Positions 29,201 through 43,070 are shown, counted from the stretch's first letter. The stretch is DNA of 64,000 nucleotides from Paraspadella gotoi (GCA_051294375.1 CM119270.1:5216152-5280151), one strand, 5' to 3'. Numbers and translations: made by a program. Notes: generated from the letters alone by a model not told the origin.

Positions 29201-30115
29201 CCCCAAAATTTTCCGGCGATTGACGGCGTCATAGTAGCCGTCGTCGTTATCGTCGTCGTCGTCATCATCATCTACTGATAATTGACCTCGCCCCCCCCCA
29301 CTCCCCCCTAAAAAAAAAAAAACTTCTCAAGAGTTCGAAATTTAAAGATTCGAATTTTGGCGGGAGATTCGAAGCGAGACTGAAGGAAGAGTTCAAGCGG
29401 AGGACAAACCTGTTTCTCTCTTTCTTTTTTTTATTTTAATGAAGGAAGAAAGAGAATGGGCGATTGGAGGCAAGCGGAGGAAGGGAGGTGGGGGGCAGAA
29501 GGTGGCGTACGGGGATCGTTGCGGTGAGAATAGTATAAATTGTAGTAGTTTGTTTGTTGTCGTTGTTTTTTCGTTGTTCTTTATCTTGCAAATTAAGAAA
29601 ACAAACTCAAATAATTCAAACTCTAGTAGATTATAGTTAAAACAAAATTACCCAATCCTACTTGGCAACTCGTGTAACGTTAAAGTAGACCACATTGCGT
29701 TACATTATTACGATCGCGGGACCCCAGAAGACTCTTCGCTCTCCTCCTCCCGACCTTAACGGCCAGCGTCTGTCAAAAAAAGACGGACCGACTGACAGAA
29801 ACGACGCCGAAAAAAACAAAATCAAATAAAAATCGAAATCGCAATTAAAAAATCGCGCACCTGGAATTAAAAAAAAACAACGATTTGCTGCGTCGAAAAA
29901 TTAAAATTATTTACCAGTAATGACGAGGTAGTCCTTGACTTCTTTATCGTTGTTGTCGTTGTCGTCTTCGTTTTCATCGTCGTCGTCTTCGTCCTCGCCC
30001 CCCCCATATTCCCCTCGTATTCTTTATCGTCTATATGGGGCCTTTGAACTTGGTGCCACGCCCCCATCTTGCCTGGACCAGTAGACATGGAACTCGATCC
30101 CTTTTCTCGCCCCAT

Positions 30116-30129
30116 GTTGCCATGGCGAC
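30116..30129. promoter_or_regulatory. Candidate RFX X-box GTTGCCATGGCGAC
   Basis: One mismatch from the canonical palindromic X-box GTTGCCATGGCAAC. No adjacent gene is visible. Confidence 0.3.
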
Positions 30130-30503
30130 GCTAACTCAAGACGCAAGAGATCTTCGTCGCATCTGGCGTCAAGAAAAGAAATTGCAACAAGAGGGCGTTA
30201 TCGGTACATCACGTAATTAATAGCCTAACCTCGATCCACTACAATTAAGTTATCAATAATTTTCAATGTACCGCGTTTGAATTGTTTAACGACATCATTG
30301 TAGGAAAATGTCTTATGTTATTACGTTAAATAATTATTCGATTCAAACGCGAAATTTCGACTTCAACATTAACGGCCAAACGCGATTCACTTTAAACCTC
30401 TAATTAAAAACGAGAAATTTCTTCAAAACCGGATTTTTTTTTTTCGACGTTAATTTTCATTTCCGAGTTGATGGGCTGCGTATCCGCGTCCACCGCAGAA
30501 CGT

Positions 30504-30559
<56 letters not shown>

Positions 30560-30578
30560 TCTCTCTTCTCTCTCTTCT

Positions 30579-30640
<62 letters not shown>

Positions 30641-31789
30641 ACTAAAACCGGTTTTCCTCATTTGCTTTTCAATTGAGGATCTTTTGACTCTCAATAAATT
30701 CGTCTTTGTCGTCATTATCGTCGTCAGGGTCGTCGTCGTTGTCGTCGTCGTTGTCCTTCTCCGTCTCCGTCCCTGTCCATAGTCATTAACTCACCCCAGA
30801 AAGGAGCGTTTAGGCCGCACCTTCGTCGATTTTCAACTCATCCTAAACGAGACGATTAATTATGCCAAAAATGGGAGACATGAGATCGAGAGGGAATGCC
30901 AAATTCATTTCCTCGTCATTGCTGAAGAAAAAAGGATTTCTTCCCTTCACCTTCGAGTCCTACCAAACCACTAACCACTTACCACTTACCACTTTCCTGC
31001 CTTTCCTTTCTTCCTAAACCTCAGTCCTGCTTTCATTCTCTTCCTTATCTTTTCCCTACCTTTGCCGAGCTTTATACTTATCTTCCTCCTTCTCTTTTTT
31101 CTCTGCAGAACGTCCATCTCTTTAGCAAAGCAATTTCGTGCAGTTTGTGAATTTCTCTCAATGAAACAAAACAACAACAACAAAAAACCGGTCCTTCTAA
31201 CGTGTTGCGCCGCAGTGACTTTTGCGTGCATTTCCGAGTGATCACGTGACTACATAACTATGAAAGATATGTGTAACAAAGGTCCAAAGGTTGATGACTT
31301 ATCTGCAAAGTTTCAACCAAGTATTACGTGAAACGTGCCTCATTTACTTCGTGATCACGTGGTCCAAAATCTGCTTAGTGACGTGACAATAAAAGTATGA
31401 AGCATATGCACAATAATCATTCACGGATACCTAATTAGTCTGCCCAATTAAAAAAACTTCGGAATTTCATGAGTTATTTTTCAATTGAATTTTAGGTCAT
31501 GCGATCGATCTTGTGAATTTCCAAGTCTGATACATATGTATGTTAAAGGTTTTAGGGTAACTTACCTTCTTACCAAATACGAATTAAATTGATAAAGTAT
31601 TACCTGAGTTATGAGCGTTTTTAACCTCAGTGGGAGAGACCCACGTCCAGACAGACATACCGACCGACCGACCGAATAGTGACTTATAAAATGCGGTCGG
31701 CTTGATCCCCTGATTTGGCAGTCAATATGTCCTTTTCTATCTGGGTCCATTGACTCTCATATCGCGAATCCAGAAACGCCAAATCAAAC

Positions 31790-31870
31790 GGTCCGTGCGC
31801 AATGGAGATTCGAACCCGCGACCTTCTCTACCGGTTATGGAATTCAGCCTCGTCCAACACATGAAAATAA
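31790..31870 (-). mobile_element. Possible tRNA-derived SINE head remnant (Pol III B-box)
   Basis: Minus strand reads AGGTCGCGGGTTCGAATCTC (31805-31824), a tRNA T-arm/B-box-like string. The A-box is weak and no full cloverleaf is visible. Confidence 0.3.
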
Positions 31871-31950
31871 CCAAGTTTGACTCGGCCCATTAACTGCGGG
31901 CGTTCATCGCTTATGCGTCCAGGAGAGTTCGCCCCCGGGGCGAATACGTG

Positions 31951-32011
<61 letters not shown>

Positions 32012-32223
32012 TCTCTTCTCTCTCTCTCTCTCCTCTCTCTCTCTCTTTCTCTCTCCACAAATAATTCCTTTGGTCGGTTTGATTTGCATAAATGACAAAA
32101 CGAGGTTAATCCCTGGAATGAATCGGGGATGAACAAGTGGCCGATGCCATTCTATTGCCATTCAATGCCATTCTAATGCCATTCGATCGCTTCCCCACCT
32201 TTTCTCGAGAGCTTCTTCCTTGG

Positions 32224-32246
32224 GTCACGTGACGTGAGTCATGTGA
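32224..32246. promoter_or_regulatory. Compact motif cluster: GTCACGTGAC (CLEAR/E-box), TGAGTCA (AP-1), TCATGTGA (M-box)
   Basis: gtcacgtgacgtgagtcatgtga: motifs at 32224-32233, 32235-32241 and 32239-32246. Confidence 0.3.
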
Positions 32247-33247
32247 TCTTTTTTTTTAAATTCGGACGAAGACAAATCAGACGGTTGTCACGTTCTCGTA
32301 TTCGGAGGGCAGGGCGATTTCTTTACGTTGTTATCAATTTTTATTTTGTCAAACGCGTGATGAAGGTTTGAATAAATAAACCGAAACATGTCCGATATTA
32401 ATTTGTAATCTCGTTGTTCAATACAAATAAAACTCTACAATTTCGTAAACCTATATATATATGTTTAAGCGTTGTCTTGTGGAAAAAGAAAGACTAATGG
32501 AAGCATGAGTTTAAAAATTGTTAAGTGAAGTTGTGAGTACGAGGCGCGAAAAGTGTCAAAAACGCCAATGATTTGTTTTTCCTTTCACATAACCTACAAC
32601 TTATAACGATTATCAGTTATCAGTTTTCAGTTATCAGTTAACCTTGACATTAATTCGAGTTTTGTAATTTTCTCTTTGTGGAAAAAAAAGACTATAAGAC
32701 CCAAAACCCTCCAGTTTTTCCTTTTAATTTTTTTTTTATTTTTGCAATTTTTTAAGTTCGTCTTGAGAACCAAATTAATCTTAGATTTAAAGAAAAAAAA
32801 ACGTCGCCCTTCTTCATTGACCTCAAGAGTAAATTAATTGGATTACTCGCTCGCATTTAACTCATTTAGTTCCCATGATATCACCTTATTAGTGGCCATG
32901 ATGTCACCTTGATAGTTCCCATGATTATTTTACTACCGGTAGAGTAAGACGCAGTTAAAAACGATCGTTACTCTGTCATGAATTATGATTAGTGCTCGTT
33001 TGAATATAGTTATTTTTACTAGTTTAACCTAATTATATTCTTGTGATTTTAAAATTTCCGAATTCAGTTTTAATTCGATTATATTTAACTGGTATATGTT
33101 TTTATCCTTCCCTTTGTATTTCTTTCCTTGATGACAATATTTCACTTTCGATTATAAAAAAAAAGTCTTCTCTTCTCTTTCTTATCCTTTCCTTACATTT
33201 TATCAAGTTTCCTAGCCCTTGCCTTCTTTTTCTGTCCTTTCCTTTCC

Positions 33248-33330
33248 TTTTCTTTTCTTTTCTTTTCTTTTCTTTTCTTTTCTTTTCTTTTCTTTTCTTT
33301 TCTTTTCTTTTCTTTTCTTTTCTTTTCTTT
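33248..33330 (+). repeat. (TTTTC)n pentanucleotide microsatellite
   Basis: Perfect ttttc tandem run; a similar run lies at ~27900-27985. Confidence 0.95.
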
Positions 33331-33695
33331 CCTTTCCTTTTTTTCCCTTTCCTTTCCTTTTTACTTCTCGCCAAATTCTCCTTCAAATTCCGGATTCAAT
33401 AATCGTCGCCGCAAAATAAACTTTTTTTCTTTTTTTCTTTTTTTCTTTTTTTTTGGTCTACTTTATTTCTTGGTTATTATTCAATTTTTTTCATTTCACT
33501 CTTCTTTATTTTTTTTTTTTTCTTTTTTTTCTTTTTTTCTTTTTTTCTTTTTTTCTTTTTTTTTTGTTCATTTTTATTCCCGTTTTGTTTTTTCAATTTT
33601 CGACCTCAATTTTTTTTTCTCCTTTTATTTTCTAGGCGCAGAGATAATTGCAAGTTTTCGCCCAGTGTGTGATCTTCGTTGTTGTGTCTCCTGCG

Positions 33696-33728
<33 letters not shown>

Positions 33729-35621
33729 CTCTCGTCTTTACTTGTTGAAGTTATTCTTCCTCGTCGTCCTTGTCATCAGTGACTTGTCGTCTGTTTCGTC
33801 TTTCGCCGTCGTCGTTATCGTCGTCGTAGTCTTCTTTTTTATCGTTTTCGTATTACTCGTCGTCGTCGTCGTCGTTGTCGTCGGCGTCGTCTTCGTCGTC
33901 GTCGTCGTTTAGTTAGTTATAACGACATCCCCGTCCCTTCCAGAACCTTCGCCCCGGGCCAATTAGCTTCCTGCGTTCAAAGTCTCAACTTAAAAAAAAA
34001 AGAGAATTTTTAAACTTCGGCTCCCCAGTTTTTACTTATTGTAAATTGACCTTTCTCGGGCTTGTTTTTCGGAGATGGGAAGAATGAGAGAAGAGAGGAA
34101 GAGCAAGAGAGAGAGAGAGTAGAGACGAGAGAGAGAGAGATGTAAGAAGAGAGAGAGAGAGAGAGAGAAGAGAGAGAGAGGAGAGAAAGCATTAAGAGGA
34201 AATATATTGATGAATAGAAAAAGAGTAGAAGGAAGAAAATAGAGACAGTACAGAGAGAAAAGAGAGGAGAATGTAAAACTAATTTTTGAGCATTCGTTAT
34301 TGTTTTTTTAACTTTTAAGCAAAAATATGAAAAATGAATTTGTTTTCCAAAAAATCAGATTATTTATCCTAATTTATATAAATGAGCCTAGTGGTATTTG
34401 TATTGTTTTTATAAGATCGAATTTCTATATAAATAAAATAACGCTAAAGGTAAAATAGAAAATAAAAGAGCATAATCGAACGAACCCCCATTAAGTATCT
34501 TTTTCAGTTGTCTATTTTACACTGATAAAAAAATATTTTCAATTTATGGGATTGCGGTCTACAAGAAGGTAGAGAAACAAGAGAGAGAGAGAAGAGAGAG
34601 AGAGAGAGGAGGGAGAGAGAGAGAAGAAGGGAGAGAGAGAGAGAAATGCTCAACAAGGTGGACCAAACCAGAATAAGCAACTTAACAGACCCGGGAAAAA
34701 TAAGAAGATAGATCAAACTGGGAACAATATCCTTGACGCGCCAATCAAAGCGTCGTCGTCCGGTCATCGTCGCGTATCTGGTCGTCGTCGTCGTCATCAT
34801 TATCATCATCAGCCTTTGCCCGTGGCAAAAGTGTATGCAATGCCTTTTGAGAATTGCAGAATTGCATTAGTATTCTAAGAGGGCGGTGACAGCGGAAAGA
34901 AAAAGAGTAGAGAGGGATGAGAAAGAGAGAGAAGATGAGAGAGTGAACAGAGAGAGAGTAGAGAGAGAGAGATAAAGAGAGAGAAAAGAGAGAGTGAATG
35001 AGAGAGAGAGAGAGAGAGAGAGAGAGGAAGAGAGGAGAGAGAGGAGAGAGAGAAGAGAAGAGAAGAAAGAAAGAGAGAAAGAGATAGAGAGAAATTTTGA
35101 CTTTGAATTTGAAATCTTATAAGAAGAATATTACCAATCTTTGGTGAGCATTTTTTTCTCTCTTTGAGCCATCTTATTTCCCCAATAAATACAATTAATG
35201 GTGGTTACATTGTTTCCTACAACGCTTGTTTTTTTTTCTGAAATAGATTATTTCAGTTAGCATTGATAAACCTTCAATCTGCTTTACAAATTGCAATAAA
35301 ACTATGTACTAACTTATTTCTAGTTCATGTTCACATGAAAATTAGGTGGCTTTCTCGACAGTATTTTTTCTTTATCGGCATCCTGCGATTTCATGCCTTA
35401 AAATGCCGTTTAGATAAACTTTTCTGGCTCAAGATTGAGTCAAATTCTTTCCTCGTTGCTTTTCATATTCAAATGTTTGTATAAAGAAGAAGAGAAAATG
35501 AACGAAAGGGGGAAAAAACTAAAAGAAACAATCTCTTTCAGTCTCGGGCATCTCGGGTCTTAAGGAAGGGACTCAAAGCCCCTTTAATCCTGGCAAAGAT
35601 CGGCACAAAATTGATTGAATT

Positions 35622-35671
<50 letters not shown>

Positions 35672-35678
35672 GAGAGAG

Positions 35679-35718
<40 letters not shown>

Positions 35719-35847
35719 AGAGAGATGAGAGAGAGAGAGGAGTGGGAGCGTTATTAATTGAATTTGGGATAGTTTACAGTTTTGTGTCAACTTTTTTATC
35801 CTCTTAGAAATAACGAGTACCTCTTTTCATCTCCAAATTTATCCAAC

Positions 35848-35904
<57 letters not shown>

Positions 35905-37133
35905 TGGCCGGTTCCACGTCGCTTGTCCTCCAAGGCAAAAAAATGATTAACGTAAACGAAAGCAAAACTGCCGTTCATCGTTTTTGGGCCTGAAGCGGGA
36001 GGCTGGAAAAAAAAAGGGGAAGCGGGTTTTCATTGCGTCCGAATTAGCCTAAGTCGATCCTGAATCCGTGACACTTTTAAGACGACGTTTTTATTAATTA
36101 CTGTATTTTTACTATTACGTAGTATTTTCAAACACTATGAGGTATAATACTAGATAAAAAGAAATTTGTTTTACTACCTCTTTACCATTGAAGTACGTCG
36201 CCGTAATCTCACCGTTAAATAAATGATACAAAAATTTTGTTTACGTGAAATATAATTTTTTTCTTAATTATTTTTGAAATGTAAATTCTGATTACAATGT
36301 CACGGAAATCGGAAAGGAGAAATTTAAATCATGTGAGGCTAAAAAGTATAGCTAAAAGTAAGTTAAAAGTATTTCTGACCTCGGCTATCCGTTTCCTATT
36401 TTAAAAAAAAAAACTTAAAACTTCAGTAAGTAGACTCTTGTACCACATGGATACACTTCTTCTCGTAACAATAAACGGAAAAACCAGAGACTCGACGACT
36501 CGTGTCTCGAACAGACGAATCCTAAAAACTCGTTAAGCTTTTTTTTTCAGGAGGATTCGACGTTGAGAACAGAGTTGGCGAAGTTTGAGTCAAACCAGAT
36601 CTCGAAACTTTGGAACAGAAAGAGAGAAAAAAATAGAGAGAAAATGTATGAAAAAGGATTAAACTTTATGGTTTAATCTTTATGGCGCCAGAATTTTTTT
36701 TTAATTTTTATATAAAATTGTTTTATTTAAAACGTGAAAAATGAGTTTCTTTATGTTTTCCTTCACAAAAGTTGAATAATCTTTTCGGAGAAAGTTCTTA
36801 ACCTAGACGAAGTGAGGCGTCAACCCCATCGCTTGAGAAATGAGGTTTCTAATATGTTTTCAGCTTTTTGTTTATTGTTTATAAAAACTTATGTCATGTT
36901 ACTCGTCGTTGGTTTAATTACGAAAACAGCTCGTTTTAATCTGCATGATAATGACCAGTAGTATGCTAGTGACTAATCAATTTTTGTATTGATAATTTTA
37001 GCATACATTGGAAGCATACTTCAGTCAGATAACTCAGAAGTCAGGTTGTCATCCGCCACTTTATCGAAACTTTGCTTTACAGGGCTTAAAAAGTTTAGAA
37101 TTTATGACNNNNNNNNNNNNNNNNNNNNNNNNN

Positions 37134-37529
37134 GAGAGAGAGAGAGAGAAACATTTAGAGGAAAATATTGATGAATAGAAAGAGAGAGAAGGAGAAAAAG
37201 AGACAGACAGAGAGAAAGAGAGAGAAGTAAAACTAATTTTTTTCGTTTTTTTACTTTTTAGCAAAAAATGAAAAATGAATTTGTTTTCCAAAAAAATCAG
37301 ATTATTTATCCTAATTTTAAAAAATGAGCCTAGTTTGGTATTTGAGTTGTTTTTTAGACGAATTTTCATATAATTTTTTTTATAAAAATTCGTCTAAAAG
37401 GTAAAAATAGAAAAAAAAGAGCATATCGAACGAACCCCATTAAGTATCTTTTTTTCAGTGTCTATTTTACCTGATAAAAAAATATTTTCAATTTAGGGAT
37501 TGCGGTCTACAAAGAAAGAGTAGAGAAAA

Positions 37530-37574
<45 letters not shown>

Positions 37575-37909
37575 GAGAAAGGGAGAGAGAGAGAGAGAAA
37601 TGCTCAAAAGTGGACAAACCAGAATAGCAACTTTTTTAACAGACCGGGATAAAGAATTAAGAAGAATGATTCAAACTGGGAACAATTAATCCTTGACGCC
37701 ACAAAGTCGTCGTCGTCCGTGTCATCGTCGTCGTCATCGTCGTCGTCGTCGTCATCATTATCATCATCAGCCTTTGCCCCGGTGGCAAAGGGTTATGTCA
37801 AGCCCTTTTGAAGATGCAAGAATTGCATTAGTTATCTAATTGAGGGCGGTGACAGCGGAAGAAAAGAGAGAGAGAGGGAGAGAAAGAGAGAAAGAGAGAG
37901 AGAGAGAGA
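37134..37909 (+). repeat. Noisy direct copy of ~34170-34960, bounded by two 25-N gaps
   Basis: Shares e.g. attatcatcatcagcctttgccc and gagggcggtgacagcggaa with 34800-34900. Confidence 0.88.
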
Positions 37910-37934
37910 NNNNNNNNNNNNNNNNNNNNNNNNN

Positions 37935-40900
37935 TCCTCTCTCTCCTCTCTTCCTCTCTCTCTCTCTCTCTCTCTCTCTCATTCACTCTCTCTTTTCTCT
38001 CTCTTTATCTCTCTCTCTCTACTCTCTCTCTGTTCACTCTCTCATCTTCTCTCTCTTTCTCATCCCTCTCTACTCTTTTTCTTTCCGCTGTCACCGCCCT
38101 CTTAGAATACTAATGCAATTCTGCAATTCTCAAAAGGCATTGCATACACTTTTGCCACGGGCAAAGGCTGATGATGATAATGATGACGACGACGACGACC
38201 AGATACGCGACGATGACCGGACGACGACGCTTTGATTGGCGCGTCAAGGATATTGTTCCCAGTTTGATCTATCTTCTTATTTTTCCCGGGTCTGTTAAGT
38301 TGCTTATTCTGGTTTGGTCCACCTTGTTGAGCATTTCTCTCTCTCTCTCCCTTCTTCTCTCTCTCTCCCTCCTCTCTCTCTCTCTCTTCTCTCTCTCTCT
38401 TGTTTCTCTACCTTCTTGTAGACCGCAATCCCATAAATTGAAAATATTTTTTTATCAGTGTAAAATAGACAACTGAAAAAGATACTTAATGGGGGTTCGT
38501 TCGATTATGCTCTTTTATTTTCTATTTTACCTTTAGCGTTATTTTATTTATATAGAAATTCGATCTTATAAAAACAATACAAATACCACTAGGCTCATTT
38601 ATATAAATTAGGATAAATAATCTGATTTTTTGGAAAACAAATTCATTTTTCATATTTTTGCTTAAAAGTTAAAAAAACAATAACGAATGCTCAAAAATTA
38701 GTTTTACATTCTCCTCTCTTTTCTCTCTGTACTGTCTCTATTTTCTTCCTTCTACTCTTTTTCTATTCATCAATATATTTCCTCTTAATGCTTTCTCTCC
38801 TCTCTCTCTCTTCTCTCTCTCTCTCTCTCTCTTCTTACATCTCTCTCTCTCTCGTCTCTACTCTCTCTCTCTCTTGCTCTTCCTCTCTTCTCTCATTCTT
38901 CCCATCTCCGAAAAACAAGCCGAGAAAGTCAATTTACAATAGTAACTGGGGAGCCGAAGTTTAAAAATTCTTCTTTTTTTTTAAGTTGAGAGCTTTGAAC
39001 GCAGGAAGCTAATTGTGACCCGTGCGCGAAGGCTTTTGGGAAGGCGACGGGGATGTACGTTATAACTAAATCTAAACGACGGACGACGACGACGAAGGGA
39101 CGACGCGACGCACAACGACGACGACGCACGACGAGGTAGTAATTACGAAAACGATTAAAAAGAAGACTACGACGACGATAACGACGCGGCGAAAGACGCG
39201 AAACAGACAGACAAGTCACTTGATTGACAGAAGGGACGACGAGGAAGAGAATAACTTCACACAAGGTAAAGGACGAGAGGACGAACGAGCAGCCGACGAC
39301 GACGACGACGACGACCGCAGAGACACCGAACACGAAGATCAACACTGGCGAAACTTGCATTATCTCTGCGCCATAGAAAATAAAAGGAGGAGAAAAAAAT
39401 TGATTGGGGGGTCAAATTGAAAAGAATAAACAAAACGGAATAAAAATGAACAAAAAAAGAAAAAAAGAAAAAATGGGAAGAAAAAGAAAAAAAGGTGATA
39501 GGTAAAAGAGATTTCAAAAGAAAAAAGAAAAAAAGAAAAAAAAAAAAATAAAGAAGAGTGAAATGAAAAAAATTGAATAATAACCAAGAAATAAAGTAGA
39601 CCAAAAAAAAAGAAGAAAAAAAGAAAAAAAGAAAAAGTTTTTATTTTGCGGCGACGATTATTGAATCCGGAATTTGAAGGAGGAATCTTTGGCGAGAAGT
39701 AAAAAGGAAAGGAAAAGGAGAAAAAAAAGTGTAGAAAGGAAAGAAAAAAGTAAAGAAAAGAGAGAAATGAAAAAGATAAAAGAACAAGAAAAGAAGACTA
39801 GAAAAAGAAAAGAAAAAGAAAAGGAAAGGAGACAGAATAAAACAAGGTGGCTACGGAACTTTGATTAATAAATGTAAGGAAAGGATAAGAAAGAGAGAGG
39901 AAGACTTTTTTTTTATAAGTCGAAATGATAAATATGTCATCAAGCGAATACCGCCAACATACAAAGGTAAGGTGATATATAAAGACATTATTACCAGTTT
40001 AAATATCGAATTAAAACTTTGAATTCGCGAAATGTTTAAAATCACAAGAATATAATAGTGTTAAACTTAGTAAAAATAAACTTATATTCAAACGAAGCAC
40101 TAATCATTATTTCATGACAGAGTAACGATTCGTTTTTTAACTTGCGTCTTACTCTACCAAGGTGGGGGGATAGTAAAATAATCATGGAACTATCAAGGTG
40201 ACATCATGGCCACTAATAAGGTGATATTCATGGGAAACTAAATGAGTAAATGCGATGCGAGTATCCAATTAATTTTACTCTTGAGGGTCTAATGAAGAAG
40301 GGCGAGTTTTTTTTCTCTAAATCTATAGCATTTAATTTGGTTCTCAAGACGAACTTTGAAATATTGCAAAAATAGAAAACAAAATTGTTAAAGAAAAACT
40401 ATGAGGGATTTTGTGGCTTATAGTCTTTTTTTCCACAAGAGATATAATTTACAAAATTCGAATTAATGTCCACAAGTGGTGGACTCGATAACTTGAAACT
40501 GATAAACTGATTAAATCGATAATTTTAGTTGTAGGTTGACCTGTGAAAGGAAAAAACCAATCATTGGCGTTTTTGCACACTTTTCGCGCCTCGTACTCAC
40601 AACTTCACTTAACAATTTAAATCTCAGTGCTTCCATTAGTCTTGTCTTTTAATATCCACTAGATCGACGCTTAACAGATATATATATAGGTTTACGGAAA
40701 TGTTAGAGTTTTATTTGTATTTGGAACACGAGATACAATAATTAATATCGTTTCGGTTTATTTATTCAAGAACCTTGCAAATCACATAAGCGTTGAACAA
40801 ATTAAAAATTTGATTAACAACGTAAAAAGAAATCGCCCTGCCCTCCGAATACGAGACGTGACTTGTCTTGATTTGTCTCTTTCGTCCGAATTTGAGAGAA

Positions 40901-41185
40901 AGAGAAAAGATCAAACAAAATGACTCACGTCACTGGTGTACCAAAGGAAGAAGCTCTAACGAGAAAGGTGGGGAAGGCGATGGAATGGCAAGGTTATTTA
41001 GATAATGCATGAAAAATGGCAATAGAATGGCATCTCTCGCTGGCCACCTTGTTCATACAACCCGATTCATTCCAGGATTAACCTCTCGTTTATGTCATTT
41101 ATGCAAATCAAAACCGACCAAAGAATATTTGTGGAGAGAGGAGAGAGAGAAGAGTCAGAGAATAATGAATGGAGAGGAGAGTTAG

Positions 41186-41216
<31 letters not shown>

Positions 41217-42746
41217 GAGATAGAGAGAGTAAGATATGAAAGGAGGGTTAGATGGACTGGTTACGAGCACGTATTCCCGCTCCCGGGCTGGAATGTCGAT
41301 TACTCTCTCTGGGACGCATAAGCGATGGAACGCCCGCAGTTATAATGCGCCGAGTTCAAACTTGGTTATTTTTCATGTGTTGGACGAGGCTGAATATCCA
41401 TAACCGGTAGAGAAGTCAGCGGAGTTTCGAATCTTTCCCATTGCGCGGACGTTTGATTTGCGTTTAATCTGTGGAAATTCGCGATATGAGAGTCAATGGA
41501 CCCAGATAGAAAAAAGACATAGTTGAACTGCTCCAAATCAGCGGGATCAAGCGACCGCATTTTATAATGTCTCGAATCACTTCAGTCGGTTCGGTCGGTA
41601 TGTCTGTCTGGACGTCGGTCTTTCCCACGTAGGCGTTAATAACGTCTTCGCATAATACTCTATGGTAAGACTTTATCAATTTAATTCGTATTTTGTAGAA
41701 GGTAAGGCCTTTACCACATAAATAAATACCTTATAACATTACATATTCGTATCAGACTTTGGAAATTCACAATGATCGAAATGCGCTCATTGACCTAGAA
41801 AATTCAATTAGAAAAATAACTCATGAAATTTCCGAAGTTTTTTAAGTTGTTGCGAACTAATTTAGGTACGTGATATTATTGTGCATATGCTTCATTACTG
41901 TTTATTGTCACGTCACTAATCGAGATTTTAGGACCACTGATCACTAAGTAAATGAGGCACGTTCACGTTATACTGCGTTGAAACTTTGCAGATAAGTCAT
42001 CAAACACTTTGCGACCCTTTGTTACACATTATCTTCATAGTTATGTAGTTCTCGTGATTCACTTCGGAAATGCACGCAAAAGTCACTGCGGCTCGACAAC
42101 ACGTAGAAGGACCGGTCCTTTTTGTTGTTGTTGTTTTGTTCATTGAGAGAAATTTCACAAACTGCACGGAAATTTGCTCTGCCTCAAAAGAGAAATAAAT
42201 GGACGTTCTGTGCATAGATGATTAAATAGAGACCAGGAGGAAGATAAAGTATAAAGCTCTCGGCAATAAGGTAGGGAAAAAGATAAGGAAGAGAATTGAA
42301 AGGCAGGACTGAAGGTTTAGGAAGAAAGGAAAGGCAGGAAAAAGTCGGTAAGTGTGTTAAGTGCGTTAGTGGTTTGGTAGGACTCGAAGCGTGAGGGAAG
42401 ATAATCCTTTTTTCTTCAAAGCCAATGGAAACGATTGGCATATATAGAATCCTTGGCATTCTCCTCTCGACCTCTCATGTCTCCCAATTTTTGGCATAAC
42501 TTAATCGTCTCTTTAGGATGAGTTGAAAATTCGACGAGGTGCGGTGCCTTTAAACGAACTCCTTTCTGGGGGACGTAATGACTATGGACAGGGACGGAGA
42601 CGGAGAAGGACACACGACACGACAACGGACGGACGGACCCTGACGACGATTTAATGACGACAAAGACGGCACCGAATTTATTGAGAGCTTCATTAAAAAA
42701 AGATCCTCATTGAAAAGCAAATCAGGAAAAAACCGGTTTTAGCTAA

Positions 42747-42778
<32 letters not shown>

Positions 42779-42811
42779 TAGAGAGAAGAGAGGAGAGAGA
42801 GAGAGAGAGAG

Positions 42812-42848
<37 letters not shown>

Positions 42849-43070
42849 GAGAGAGAAGGAGAGATGAGAGAGAGATCACGTTCATGCCGGTGGACGCGGA
42901 TAGCGCAGCCCATCAACTCGGAAATGAAATTAAACGTCGAAAAAAAAAAATCCGGTTTTTGAAGAAATTTCTCGTTTTTAATTAGCAGGTTTAAAGTGAA
43001 TCGCGTTTGGCCGTTAATGTTGAAGTCGAAATTTCGCGTTTTGAATCGAATAATTATTTAACGTAATAAC
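37935..43070 (-). repeat. Inverted copy of ~30317-35045
   Basis: The first ~1 kb looks like an exact reverse complement (ORF 38171..38476+ is identical to 34504..34809-). The rest is progressively noisier and ends near taattatttaacgtaataac, the rc of 30317-30336. Confidence 0.93.

Larger units (their letters stand above)
30300..37108 (+). repeat. Primary copy of a block that is re-represented several times in 37134-57784
   Basis: Inverted copies at 37935-43070 and 47231-53044; direct partial copies at 37134-37909 (~34170-34960), 46621-47205 (~35050-35620) and 56595-57784 (35916-37108). Confidence 0.92.

Noticed and set aside
31790-31870. Functional tRNA gene
   Set aside because: Only the T-arm/B-box resembles tRNA; I cannot fold acceptor, D and anticodon stems. 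Kept only as a possible SINE remnant.
32868-32928. 23-bp repeat (~2.6 copies, tagttcccatgatatcacctta-like) and the TGCCATTC repeats at ~32145-32185 as functional arrays
   Set aside because: Very low copy number; ordinary local slippage duplications with no further support.
34504-38476. Identical 101-aa ORF on opposite strands (34504..34809 and 38171..38476) as a duplicated gene
   Set aside because: The identity comes from the artefactual inverted copy; the peptide is partly microsatellite-derived (poly-T, SLSL).
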